The notes beneath the pieces are model-generated. The model was not told the DNA's origin, made no database searches, and worked only from the letters and a program-made list of their open reading frames with translations. The position numbers and the translations under genes are program-made. Of a stretch of DNA of 64,000 nucleotides, positions 20,673 to 30,175 are shown one piece after another. Each line of letters opens with the position of its first letter. Position 1 is the first letter of the stretch. The DNA comes from Gammaproteobacteria bacterium (GTDB taxonomy: Bacteria; Pseudomonadota; Gammaproteobacteria; UBA4575): NCBI GenBank assembly GCA_965221955.1, contig CBDCTA010000026.1, forward strand, positions 1 through 64,000, in the 5' to 3' direction.

Positions 20673-20942
20673 ATGACTATCAGCGCACAAGACAGAGCAG
20701 AAATTGTAAAGAAGTATCAACGTGACAGTAACGACACGGGTTCCCCTGAGGTTCAAGTGGCACTTTTATCTGCACGCATCACACATTTAAGTGATCACTT
20801 TGACAAGCATAAGAAGGATCATCATTCGCGACATGGATTATTAAAGATGGTAAATCACCGTCGCAAACTTCTTGATTACTTGCGTTCTAAAGATCAGAAG
20901 CGTTATCAAGATTTAATCAGTTCTTTAGGGTTAAGACGCTAG
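20673..20942 (+). CDS. rpsO: 30S ribosomal protein S15
   Basis: [28 protein letters not shown]. Confidence 0.99.
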   Translation: MTISAQDRAEIVKKYQRDSNDTGSPEVQVALLSARITHLSDHFDKHKKDHHSRHGLLKMVNHRRKLLDYLRSKDQKRYQDLISSLGLRR

Positions 20943-21089
20943 ATTATTTTGCTCTCTTTTATATAGAGAGTTATCAGTGTCTTCATCCTTAATGTATTCA
21001 AGCAACAACATACATTTGATTTCATAGGCAATATGAGGTTGCCATATGAATGTGTATCAATTGAAATTTAAGAAAATTGGAAAGTAACA

Positions 21090-23186
21090 GTGAGTAAAAT
21101 TACAAAGACATTTACGTATGGGGAACATCAAGTCACCTTAGAGACTGGCGAGATTGCAAGACAAGCGGATGGTGCCGTAATGGTGGACATGGGTGGTACT
21201 ACAGTGATGGTGACTGCAGTAGGCAAAAAAGAAGCTGAACCTGGTCGTGATTTTTTCCCGCTCACCGTTAACTACCAAGAGAAAACTTATGCGGCAGGAA
21301 AAATTCCTGGTGGATTCTTTAAACGCGAAGGTCGCCCTACTGAAAAAGAAACGCTTACTTGTCGTTTAATCGATCGTCCAATCCGTCCAATGTTTCCAAA
21401 AGATTTTGTAAATGAAGTGCAAATCATTGCAAACGTTATGTCGATGAATACAGATATTGATCCTGACATTCCTGCCATGATTGGTGCATCTGCTGCACTC
21501 TCAATTTCGGGTATTCCTTTTAATGGTCCAATGGGAGCAGCACGTGTAGGTTATATTGATGGTAACTATGTATTAAATCCAAGTTACTCACAGTTGAAAA
21601 AATCGCGTTTGGACCTAGTGGTTGCAGGAACCCAAAGTGCAGTTCTCATGGTGGAATCAGAAGCCGATATTCTTCCAGAAGACGTAATGTTGGGTGCAGT
21701 AATGTTTGGTCATGAAAGTTTACAAACCGCAATCAATGCGATTAATGAATTTGCGGCAGATGTGAATACACCTGCATGGGATTGGCAAGCGCCGGAAGCA
21801 GATCAATCACTTGCAGATAAAGTTAATCAAGCTTGTGCAGCACAATTAGGTGAGGCCTATCAAATTGCCGAAAAACTTACTCGTCAAGAAAAAGTAAGTG
21901 AAATTCGAAACGCAGCAGTTGAATCTATTGCCGTTAAAGGTGAACAAGGCGAAGAAGAAGGTCCAACTGAGGCAGATGTATTAGCGGCATTTAAAAAAGA
22001 AGAAAAGAAAATTGTTCGTGGCCGCATTTTAGCAGGCGAAAAACGCATTGATGGACGTGACAAAAATACAGTACGACCGATTACAGTTCGTACGGGTGTT
22101 TTACCACGCACACACGGTAGTGCATTGTTTACACGTGGTGAAACTCAAGCGGTTGTAGTGACAACCTTAGGTACAGGGCGTGATGCACAAATCATCGATG
22201 CCATTGAAGGTGAATATAAAGACAATTTCATGTTGCACTATAATTTCCCGCCGTTTTGTGTGGGTGAAACAGGGTTTGTCGGTTCGCCAAAACGACGTGA
22301 AATTGGTCACGGTAAACTTGCAAAGCGTGGGATTCAGGCTGTAGTGCCAAGTGAAGAAGAGTTCCCATATGTGTTGCGCGTTGTTTCAGAAATTACTGAA
22401 TCAAATGGTTCCAGCTCTATGGCTAGCGTGTGTGGTACAAGTTTGTCATTAATGGATGCGGGTGTACCTCTAAAAGCACCTGTAGCGGGGATTGCGATGG
22501 GTTTGATTAAAGATGCCGATGATTTTGCGGTACTCAGTGACATCTTGGGTGATGAAGATCATTTAGGTGACATGGACTTCAAAGTAGCAGGTACTACTGA
22601 AGGTGTAACTGCATTACAAATGGATATCAAGATTGAAGGCATCACCAAAGAAATCATGGATCAAGCGCTTACGCAAGCCAAAGAAGGGCGCTTACATATA
22701 TTAGGCGAGATGGCGAAAGAGATTTCTGCGCCACGTGAAGAGATGTCTGATTATGCACCACGATTTACTGTACTAAAAATTAATCCAGATAAAATTCGCG
22801 ATGTAATTGGTAAAGGCGGTGCAACAATACGTCAACTTACCGAAGAAACCGGTACTACTATCGATATTGACGATGACGGTAATGTAAAAATTGCATCCAT
22901 TGATAAAGCAGCAGGGGATGATGCTAAACGACGTATTGAAGACATCACTGCTGATGTAGAAGTCGGTAAAACGTATGAAGGTAAAGTAGTAAAGATTATG
23001 GATTTCGGTGCTTTTGTGAGTGTTTTACCAGGTAAAGATGGTCTCGTTCATATCTCACAAATTTCACATGAACGTGTTGAAAATGTGACTGATGAATTAA
23101 CAGAAGGTGACATTATTAAAGTCAAAGTACTTGAGATTGATAAACAAGGACGTATTCGACTAAGTATGAAGGCGGTAGAGGGATAA
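21090..23186 (+). CDS. pnp: Polyribonucleotide nucleotidyltransferase
   Basis: [41 protein letters not shown] and S1 domains; GTG start. Confidence 0.99.
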   Translation: MSKITKTFTYGEHQVTLETGEIARQADGAVMVDMGGTTVMVTAVGKKEAEPGRDFFPLTVNYQEKTYAAGKIPGGFFKREGRPTEKETLTCRLIDRPIRPMFPKDFVNEVQIIANVMSMNTDIDPDIPAMIGASAALSISGIPFNGPMGAARVGYIDGNYVLNPSYSQLKKSRLDLVVAGTQSAVLMVESEADILPEDVMLGAVMFGHESLQTAINAINEFAADVNTPAWDWQAPEADQSLADKVNQACAAQLGEAYQIAEKLTRQEKVSEIRNAAVESIAVKGEQGEEEGPTEADVLAAFKKEEKKIVRGRILAGEKRIDGRDKNTVRPITVRTGVLPRTHGSALFTRGETQAVVVTTLGTGRDAQIIDAIEGEYKDNFMLHYNFPPFCVGETGFVGSPKRREIGHGKLAKRGIQAVVPSEEEFPYVLRVVSEITESNGSSSMASVCGTSLSLMDAGVPLKAPVAGIAMGLIKDADDFAVLSDILGDEDHLGDMDFKVAGTTEGVTALQMDIKIEGITKEIMDQALTQAKEGRLHILGEMAKEISAPREEMSDYAPRFTVLKINPDKIRDVIGKGGATIRQLTEETGTTIDIDDDGNVKIASIDKAAGDDAKRRIEDITADVEVGKTYEGKVVKIMDFGAFVSVLPGKDGLVHISQISHERVENVTDELTEGDIIKVKVLEIDKQGRIRLSMKAVEG

Positions 23187-23204
23187 TTGCTTAAATTAAA
23201 GTAT

Positions 23205-23233
23205 AAAAAAGGGCGCTTAGTGCGCCCTTTTTT
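23205..23233 (+). terminator. Intrinsic terminator after pnp
   Basis: AAAAAAGGGCGC-TTAGT-GCGCCCTTTTTT. Confidence 0.9.
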
Positions 23234-23262
23234 ATATCTGCTTTAAATTGTTAGCGGATATT
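23233..23262 (-). repeat. Degenerate palindromic cassette site (type B, reverse orientation)
   Basis: TATATCTGCT-TTAAATTGTT-AGCGGATATT; core differs from the reverse complement of type B (TTGGGTCGTT) only by transitions. Confidence 0.6.
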
Positions 23263-23280
23263 TGTTAATAAAATTAAAGG

Positions 23281-23547
23281 CTAACTATCTGTCCAAGGAG
23301 ATTGTTGAATAAATTCGTTAAATTCAAATTGATTTATAGAACCATTTCCATTTTTATCATAACGAGAAAAAATTTTATCATCGGCTAAGTTGAAAGCGTT
23401 TCTAGCTTCATCTCGATCTATACGTTCGTTTCGGTCTAGATCGACACTGAAAAATAATCCATCTGCAAAACTTCTGCCGCCAAATGCTGAAGCTATAGTT
23501 GGCACTGATATAACAAAAATGATAAGTAGTATAAAATAGGATTTCAT
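23281..23547 (-). CDS. Small secreted EF-hand protein (single cassette)
   Basis: Signal peptide; DLDRNERIDRDE and DKNGNGSINQFE EF-hand loops; AAGGAG RBS. Confidence 0.85.
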   Translation of the reverse strand: MKSYFILLIIFVISVPTIASAFGGRSFADGLFFSVDLDRNERIDRDEARNAFNLADDKIFSRYDKNGNGSINQFEFNEFIQQSPWTDS

Positions 23548-23621
23548 AATTACTCCTTAATAAATATATTGGTAGTTAGGTAATAGACCCGCAATATAGG
23601 GAATATCTTACACTATAAAAT

Positions 23622-23651
23622 TATGTTCGCTATTGGCCGATAGCGGACATT
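23622..23651 (+). repeat. 30-bp palindromic cassette site, type A core
   Basis: TATGTTCGCT-ATTGGCCGAT-AGCGGACATT. Confidence 0.88.
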
Positions 23652-23774
23652 TTAATATCACCTAACTTTAATCTGTTGCATTATCCCTGATGGACATCAT
23701 ATCCCTCTATCCATCTGCTCGCACACCTGCACACACTATTGGTGTTAGCTGGCATTTAGTTCAAAATAGCACTT

Positions 23775-24185
23775 ATGTCTGACAAGCCAAAAATTCAAAA
23801 ATCTGATGAAGAATGGCGTAAGCAATTAACGCCAGAACAGTTTTATATTTGTAGGCAGAAGGGCACCGAACCTGCGTTCACTGGCGAATTTAATGCGCAT
23901 AAAGAAAACGGGATGTATGTGTGCGTGGCGTGCAAAACGCCATTGTTCGATTCAGATCATAAGTTTGATTCAGGCTCTGGTTGGCCGAGTTTTTTTCAAC
24001 CGGTGAATTCTGAATGTATTCAGGAAGAGTTTGATGAATCTCATGGCATGCGAAGAACTGAAGTGATGTGCAAGGCATGTGGTGCTCATTTGGGACATGT
24101 GTTTGAAGATGGGCCACAACCAACAGGGCTTAGATACTGTATCAACTCTATTTCCTTAGGCTTTGATTCTAAAGATAATTCTTAG
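23775..24185 (+). CDS. msrB: Peptide-methionine (R)-S-oxide reductase
   Basis: [35 protein letters not shown]; two CxxC. Confidence 0.98.
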   Translation: MSDKPKIQKSDEEWRKQLTPEQFYICRQKGTEPAFTGEFNAHKENGMYVCVACKTPLFDSDHKFDSGSGWPSFFQPVNSECIQEEFDESHGMRRTEVMCKACGAHLGHVFEDGPQPTGLRYCINSISLGFDSKDNS

Positions 24186-24499
24186 CTTTTATTCTGACTT
24201 GGCTAAGGTTGTTCGGGACTCTATTGTAAAGAAAGTGCTGGTTTCCTGGCGAATTTATTGTGTGTCAATACGTTATCTAATGGCCAATTAATTATGTACA
24301 AATGCAGAATTTTGATTTGAAGCATTTATACAAATTAAATTTTGTGGAAGCGGTGCTACTAAATTGGATGAAACGGGTGCTATAATTCTTATATATATCA
24401 GTGTGGTGTACTAAAAACATAAGTAAATCAGTACAACCCTAAGACAGATTCCTAAATCTATTCTTTTGTAATCTTACTTTCTTCTTGATGGAGGCAAAC

Positions 24500-25642
24500 A
24501 TGAAGAAATTTTTAATCAACGCGCGGTACTTTTTAGCACCGTTACTTATCTTAGCGTCCTTATTTGGCGTACTTGCGGGGGGTCCCTGGGTGTGGACCGG
24601 CGTACTTCTACTGGGTGCTGGGATCATCATCGACACCCTAACGACAGCCCAAACCCCAGGAGCTGGCTTTGACGAAAATGGCGACACCAACGGCATCGTA
24701 CCCCTATTAAATGGCACCATGTACGGCATGCTCGCCGTGTTTGCCCTGATTCAAATCGCCCTAGCCTGGCGCATTTGGCAATACGTCAATGGCGTACCCA
24801 TTGGCACCACCGAAATTCTAGGCCTCACCGTCCAAGACGGCATTACCGGCACCCAACTATGGGGCGCTGTCATGTCCTCCGGCATCTTCGCCGGTATTGG
24901 CATTATTTATGGTCACGAACTGGCCCACACCAAAGGCTTCAGCTTCGTCATTGCACGCTGGATGATGGCCCTAAGTGGCAAAGCCCACTTCTGCTATGCC
25001 CACGTCTACAACCACCACCTAGAACTCGGTCACCAAGACGACCCTGCTACCGCCCCACGTGGACGCAGCATGTACACCCACTACCCTCTTTCTGGACTGG
25101 GTCAAAGCAAATTCCTCTTCATGATGGAAAAACAACGTCTTGAACGCCTAGGCGTACCCTTTTTATCCTGGCAAAACCGCTGGATTCGAGGCTACTTCAT
25201 GGCCCTGCCTACCGTCCTACTATTCTGGTTCGTAGGCGGCTGGCTTGGCATGCTCTGCTTAGCAGGCGTATGGCTCATCTCCAACTTCGAGCTCGAAGTC
25301 CTCAACTACCTTGAGCACTACGGCCTCATTCGAGAAAAAGGTCAGCCGATAGACTACCGACATAGCTGGGACAACAGCACCGCATTTACCAGCTGGTTCT
25401 TTATTGAAATTGGTCGCCAAGCCGACCACCACGACCGAGGTGAGACCCACTTCTGGGAACTCGACGAAGTCGGCGCCCCCAACTGCGGACGCGGGTACTT
25501 CACCCTGTTTGCACTGGGCCTACTGCCTCCGGTATTCCATGCCTACATGAAGGAACAATTGGCGAAATGGGATGACGAGATGGCCTCTGAGGGCGAATTA
25601 AAGATCGCCAATCAGATGAATAAACAAGCTGGATACGTGTAA
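24500..25642 (+). CDS. Membrane non-heme di-iron monooxygenase (AlkB/XylM family)
   Basis: His boxes HELAH, HVYNHH, NYLEHYG, RQADHH; DPATA motif; ATG 24500 after GGAGG. Confidence 0.92.
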   Translation: MKKFLINARYFLAPLLILASLFGVLAGGPWVWTGVLLLGAGIIIDTLTTAQTPGAGFDENGDTNGIVPLLNGTMYGMLAVFALIQIALAWRIWQYVNGVPIGTTEILGLTVQDGITGTQLWGAVMSSGIFAGIGIIYGHELAHTKGFSFVIARWMMALSGKAHFCYAHVYNHHLELGHQDDPATAPRGRSMYTHYPLSGLGQSKFLFMMEKQRLERLGVPFLSWQNRWIRGYFMALPTVLLFWFVGGWLGMLCLAGVWLISNFELEVLNYLEHYGLIREKGQPIDYRHSWDNSTAFTSWFFIEIGRQADHHDRGETHFWELDEVGAPNCGRGYFTLFALGLLPPVFHAYMKEQLAKWDDEMASEGELKIANQMNKQAGYV

Positions 25643-25669
25643 ACGTAGACTGACTTTGATAAGGATATG

Positions 25670-25696
25670 CCACCTGCTTAATATTTAAGCAGGTGG
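25670..25696 (+). terminator. Stem-loop after the monooxygenase gene (terminator or mRNA stabiliser)
   Basis: CCACCTGCTTAA-TAT-TTAAGCAGGTGG 12-bp inverted repeat. Confidence 0.6.
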
Positions 25697-25783
25697 TAAT
25701 AGTTTTAATAGTTAAAAGCTATTAAAATATGAAAAAAAACGGCAAACTATAGTCTTATAATAAGTAGAAAGAGGAGTTCAGAG

Positions 25784-25963
25784 ATGAAAGTAACCTATGA
25801 TGCGGATACCTGTAGTCATGCAGGTGAGTGTGTTAAAGGCTCGCCAACTGTATTTAAAGTAGAAGATGGTCAATTTGTAATTGATACGGATGCTGCTCCA
25901 GAAGCAGAAATTCGTGAAACTGTTTCTAAGTGTCCTTCTGGTGCTTTAAAAATAGAAGATTAA
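25784..25963 (+). CDS. Small divergent Fe-S monocluster ferredoxin (YjdI/Fer4_19-like), 59 aa, not in ORF track
   Basis: MKVTYDADTCSHAGECVKGSPTVF...VSKCPSGALKIED; CxHxGxC...CPSGAL; GAGGAG RBS. Confidence 0.85.
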   Translation: MKVTYDADTCSHAGECVKGSPTVFKVEDGQFVIDTDAAPEAEIRETVSKCPSGALKIED

Positions 25964-26098
25964 TAAATTAGTTTTATTTACTTTAGTGCTAAGAATCACT
26001 AAAGATTGTTTGTAAAAATACGGTTAATTAGTGCTTTAGCGAGCACTATTAGCAAAATTTAAAATTATCCTAATGAAGTTTGTCAATTAGGGGGAGAT

Positions 26099-26752
26099 AT
26101 GATTGGAGATCAATTAAGAACAAAAATGATTTTGAGTGGACACCCAAGTTGTCCAAACACAGGAAAGTGTTTGCAGACGGCTGGTGAAAAGGGTGTTGAT
26201 GTGGAAACCATAGTAATCAGTGGTATGGACGATAGTGATTTTCTAGCAAAATCTCCTTATGGTATTGCTCCTGTATTACAAGACATCGACTTTATTGTTT
26301 ATGGTACAGGTGCTGTCATGTCTTACCTTGATGACAAAGGGTTTGGTCCTTCTTTAGTGCCACGTAATGGTGTGCATCGTGCAGTGATGTATCAATGGGC
26401 TGGAATTGCAACTGAGAAAGTTCAGTCCTTAATGGGTGATGACATCGATAAAGCAGGGCTTGCGACATTATTTGATGGCTTAGAGGCTCAAGTGAAGAAT
26501 CCACCTAAGAAAGGTGACTTCATTTGTGGTGATTTTTCTCTTGCTGATATTCATTGGGCAGCTTGTTGCAACTTACTAGAGCACGGTGGTGCAGGTGATT
26601 TGATCAGCTCGCGCTCTGGAGTGAGTGCATGGTATGACAAAGTGAAGTCACATCCATCAACGAGTAAGGAAAAGCTTGAGCCGTTTACCTGCTTGCCAAC
26701 CGCAAGCGATGTAAGCTCAGGAAGCTTGCGAGATATTTCAATTAACGTTTAA
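26099..26752 (+). CDS. Glutathione S-transferase family protein
   Basis: SPYGIAPVLQD, YLDDKG, FICGDFSLADIHW GST-fold motifs; GGGGAG RBS. Confidence 0.85.
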   Translation: MIGDQLRTKMILSGHPSCPNTGKCLQTAGEKGVDVETIVISGMDDSDFLAKSPYGIAPVLQDIDFIVYGTGAVMSYLDDKGFGPSLVPRNGVHRAVMYQWAGIATEKVQSLMGDDIDKAGLATLFDGLEAQVKNPPKKGDFICGDFSLADIHWAACCNLLEHGGAGDLISSRSGVSAWYDKVKSHPSTSKEKLEPFTCLPTASDVSSGSLRDISINV

Positions 26753-26821
26753 AAAAGTCTTTTTTTAAACACACAAAAGCGTTCTCTACACTGGAAAGGA
26801 CGCCAGTGAGTATACGAAAAC

Positions 26822-27902
26822 ATGTTTGGATTATTTGGCGGTAATAAAGACTGGCAGGCAACAATTAATGCCGGTGAACATACCATTACAGTTAAAGCTG
26901 GGGACAATCTACTCAACGCTGCATTAGAAGCAGGTGTTCCATGGCCACATGATTGCCGTGTGGGTAGCTGTAGTACGTGTCAATGCACGTTGAAAAGCGG
27001 CAAGATAAAAGCCTTAACTGATTTTTCTTATGTTCTAGATCCTGACCAACTTAAAAGTGGAAAAATTTTAGCGTGTCAAACACGCTTGAAAACGGATGTA
27101 GAAATTGAAGTTGAGCTTAGTGATGCACCTGCAATAGAGCTCAAGTCTAATGATGGCAAAATTATTAGTGCTAAGAATCTAACTCACGATATCAAAGAGT
27201 TGGTGATTAAATGCGACGGTGATGTCGATCATTCAGGAATGGCGGGACAATATTCCGATATTAAAATTGCATCCATTGATGATCCACGTTCATACTCATA
27301 TGCAAAAGCACCTAAGCAAGAGAATCCAGGGGAATTCACGTTTTATGTACGCCTTGTGCCAAATGGGAAATTTACAGAGTGGTTATTTGCTGAAGATAGA
27401 ACGGGTGAAGAAGTTAGACTAACTGGTCCTTATGGGCAGTTTTATCGTCGTGACGAAGATACAACCATGGTATGTATCGCGGGTGGTAGTGGTATGAGTG
27501 CCATCAAAGCCATTCTTGAAGATTCTGCTGCGCAGCAAATCAAACGTAGACTGTTTATACTTGTTTGGTGCGCGTACTCAGGAAGACCTTTACTGTGTTG
27601 AGGATATGGCCAGTATTGGCTCAAAATGGAACAAAGATTATTCCTTTGAGTTTGTTCCCGTATTAAATATGGAGCCAGAAGATAGTAATTGGAACGGTGC
27701 TCGAGGATTAGTGACCGATTATTTGAAGTCAGCATATGTAGATACTGGTAAAATAGACATGAGTAAATCACAAGGTTATTTATGTGGTCCTCCACCGATG
27801 ATTGATGCGGCAATTGAAGTTATGGTGGACCAAGGAATGAATGAAGAGAATATATTCTTTGATAAATTCTTGGATGCAAGTTCAATGCCCGGTGGGCGTT
27901 AA
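26822..27902 (+). CDS. 2Fe-2S ferredoxin/FAD/NADH reductase (XylA-like), one +1 frameshift near 27548
   Basis: CRVGSCSTC...LACQ, RSYS, GPYG, IAGGSGMS, then FGART, YLCGPPPMI, FDKF in the second frame; removing A27548 joins the frames. Confidence 0.88.
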
Positions 27903-27927
27903 GTATTTTTGAAGATAGGAGACGATT

Positions 27928-28156
27928 ATGCGTACACTACAAGCATTAGGAGTAATGGCACTTTGGACCATTGCGTTTTTAGGTATTTTGAATTGGCTTA
28001 ATGCTGCTGACGCATCATAGAATTTGGTATTGGGCACTTGGTTCAGCGTTATTATTTATCATTATGATTATCGGTAATTTCTGGATCTTTTTTGCCATTG
28101 GTAAAGAAGAACCATGGGATTGGGTGAAAAATAAAGAAAGTGGTGGAGACGAATAA
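27928..28156 (+). CDS. Small two-TM membrane protein, one frameshift near 28010, not in ORF track
   Basis: AGGAG RBS; MRTLQALGVMALWTIAFLGILNWLNAAD / HHRIWYWALGSALLFIIMIIGNFWIFFAIGKEEPWDWVKNKESGGDE*. Confidence 0.6.
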
Positions 28157-28187
28157 TCGTTCACTAACATTCTAAGCAAAGTAATAT

Positions 28188-28224
28188 AAAAAGGCTGCTC
28201 TAGTTGTCTAGAGCAGCCTTTTTT
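28188..28224. terminator. Bidirectional intrinsic terminator
   Basis: AAAAAGGCTGCTCTAG-TTGT-CTAGAGCAGCCTTTTTT between convergent operons. Confidence 0.9.
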
Positions 28225-28228
28225 GTTT

Positions 28229-29133
28229 TTACGGTTTAAAAATTATTTTTTTACTATGAGGGATTTTCCTCATATCCCAATGTTCAATCGCCCAACTCCA
28301 AATTTGTTTCAACGGTTTTTTTTCAAATCCTGCTGGAACAGTTTGACCTAGATCATTTAAAGCCTGCACTAATACAGGTGAACAATTTTGTTTAGGTATG
28401 GCTTGTGCTCCTGTTTGTTTGCTTAGTTTTTGGCCATGCTGATTTACGATGATAGGGATGTGTAGAAAACTGGGTGCGGGAGTTGCAATAGCTGACATAA
28501 ATAAATCTGCAAAGGAGTAAAAGCAAGTAAATCAATACCGCGTACTACTTCTGTAATCTTCTGCATTGCATCGTCTACTGTAACGGCTAATGAATAGCTT
28601 GGTAAATTGCTTTTGCGATAGATTACGACGTCACCAATTTCGTTACCTAAATAATGTGTTTGTTTTCCAAAGTGTGTGTCTTGGAATGAGATTTCATTAT
28701 TTGTAACGCGCAAGCGTAAATTAAAGTTTGTATCCGCAATATTAAGTTGTTTATTGGCGCAAGTGCCTGGATATCGTTTACCCAGATCACTTTTTTGGAT
28801 ATTTTCAGCTAACTCTTTGCGCGAGCAACTACAAGCATAAATTTGTTGTTGTTCAACCAACGTTTCTAAAACAGAACGGTAGTTTTCAAATCGTGTCGAT
28901 TGGTAAAGAGGTTCTTGATCCCATTCAAATTGATAACATTCTAGAGAGTTTAATATATCTGCAGCTGCACCTTTCATTTCGCGTGGAGGATCAATGTCTT
29001 CAATTCGAACAAGCCACTGTCCTTGATGATGTTTTGCTTGTAAGTAACTTGCGGTAGCGGCAACTAATGAGCCGTAATGAAGTGGGCCAGTTGGAGAAGG
29101 TGCAAAGCGGCCCACGTATATTTCTTGTTTCAC
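28229..29133 (-). CDS. gluQ: Glutamyl-Q tRNA(Asp) synthetase, frameshift in a G3 run near 28479
   Basis: [38 protein letters not shown]; KLSKQ in the second frame; downstream of dksA. Confidence 0.92.
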
Positions 29134-29179
29134 GCTGTTTTCAAAATGAAATTACAGTGTGATAGTTTGCTTAGAAAGG

Positions 29180-30055
29180 CTAGGTAAATATCTGTTTTTC
29201 CTTGATTTCTTGTAAGGGTTTTACAGTCAATGCATAACGTTGCAGTAGGGCGAGCTTCAAGACGTTTAATGCCAATTTCAATTCCGCAAGATTCACAATA
29301 GCCATAGTCTTCAGAGTCGATGGTTGCGAGTGTTTTATTAATTTTTCGAACTAGCTTACTTTCACGGTCACGCGTACGTAGTTCTAAGCTAAACTCTTCT
29401 TCTTGAGTTGCACGATCTGCAGGGTCAGCAAATTGACTTGCATCGTTTTTCATTTGATCAACGGTGCGGCTTAACTTCATCTAACAATTCTTGTTTCCAA
29501 GTTAAAAGTATATTTCGGAAAGTGTTCAAGCTGTTTATCGCTCATATAACTTTCACCACGATGCATGGTATAAGGTGTGATACCTTCAACTGGCAATTCT
29601 ACAGGCGAACGCTTATTAAGTAGTTCAATTCGTTTTTTCTTTTTTTCCTCACGTTCTGCTTGGGCTTTTTGTTCTTTTAGCTCAGCTTGAGTGGGTTTTT
29701 TTTCTACAGGAGCTTTTTTCTTGGTTGATTTCTTTTGGGGCACAGCTTTCTTTTTCACTGCAGCTTTTTTTTAGGTGCAGCCTTCTTTTTCACTGCCCGC
29801 TTTTTCTTAGGATGCAGCCTTTTTTTTCACTGCAGCTTTTTTCTTAGGAGCAGCCTTCTTTTTGCCGTTTTCTTCTTAGGCGAGGCTTGTGCTGCCTTTT
29901 TCTTGGGCGCAGCTTTTTTCTTAACTGCAGCTTTCTTTTTTGACCGCAGCCTTCTTTTTTACCGCAGCTTTTTTCTTAGGGGCAGCTTTTTTCTTTACTG
30001 CCGCTTTCTTTTTTGGGGCAGCTTTTTTCTTGGTTTTGGCTTTTTTGACTGGCAT
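29180..30055 (-). CDS. dksA: RNA polymerase-binding DksA with long Lys/Ala-rich N-terminal extension; several single-base indels
   Basis: [46 protein letters not shown]; corrected frame gives [17 protein letters not shown] and [13 protein letters not shown]; start MPVKKAK at 30055. Confidence 0.9.
29740..30035 (-). repeat. 18-bp coding tandem repeat (KKKAA[P/V]) in the dksA N-terminus
   Basis: Repeated AAGAAAAAAGCTGC-N4 units on the minus strand. Confidence 0.85.
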
Positions 30056-30175
30056 GAAAGACTCTCATAAAAATGAAGCCCGCTTTTATGCCAGATAAGA
30101 TGGCATCTGGCAAGCAGCGTTTTGGGGTAAGTATTATGCGAGGAGGGGATGATTCAGTCTAAAATGGCTTAATAC

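Noticed and set aside
29735-30070. Phe-rich 111-aa ORF on the + strand
   Set aside because: Antisense shadow of the dksA Lys-rich repeat.
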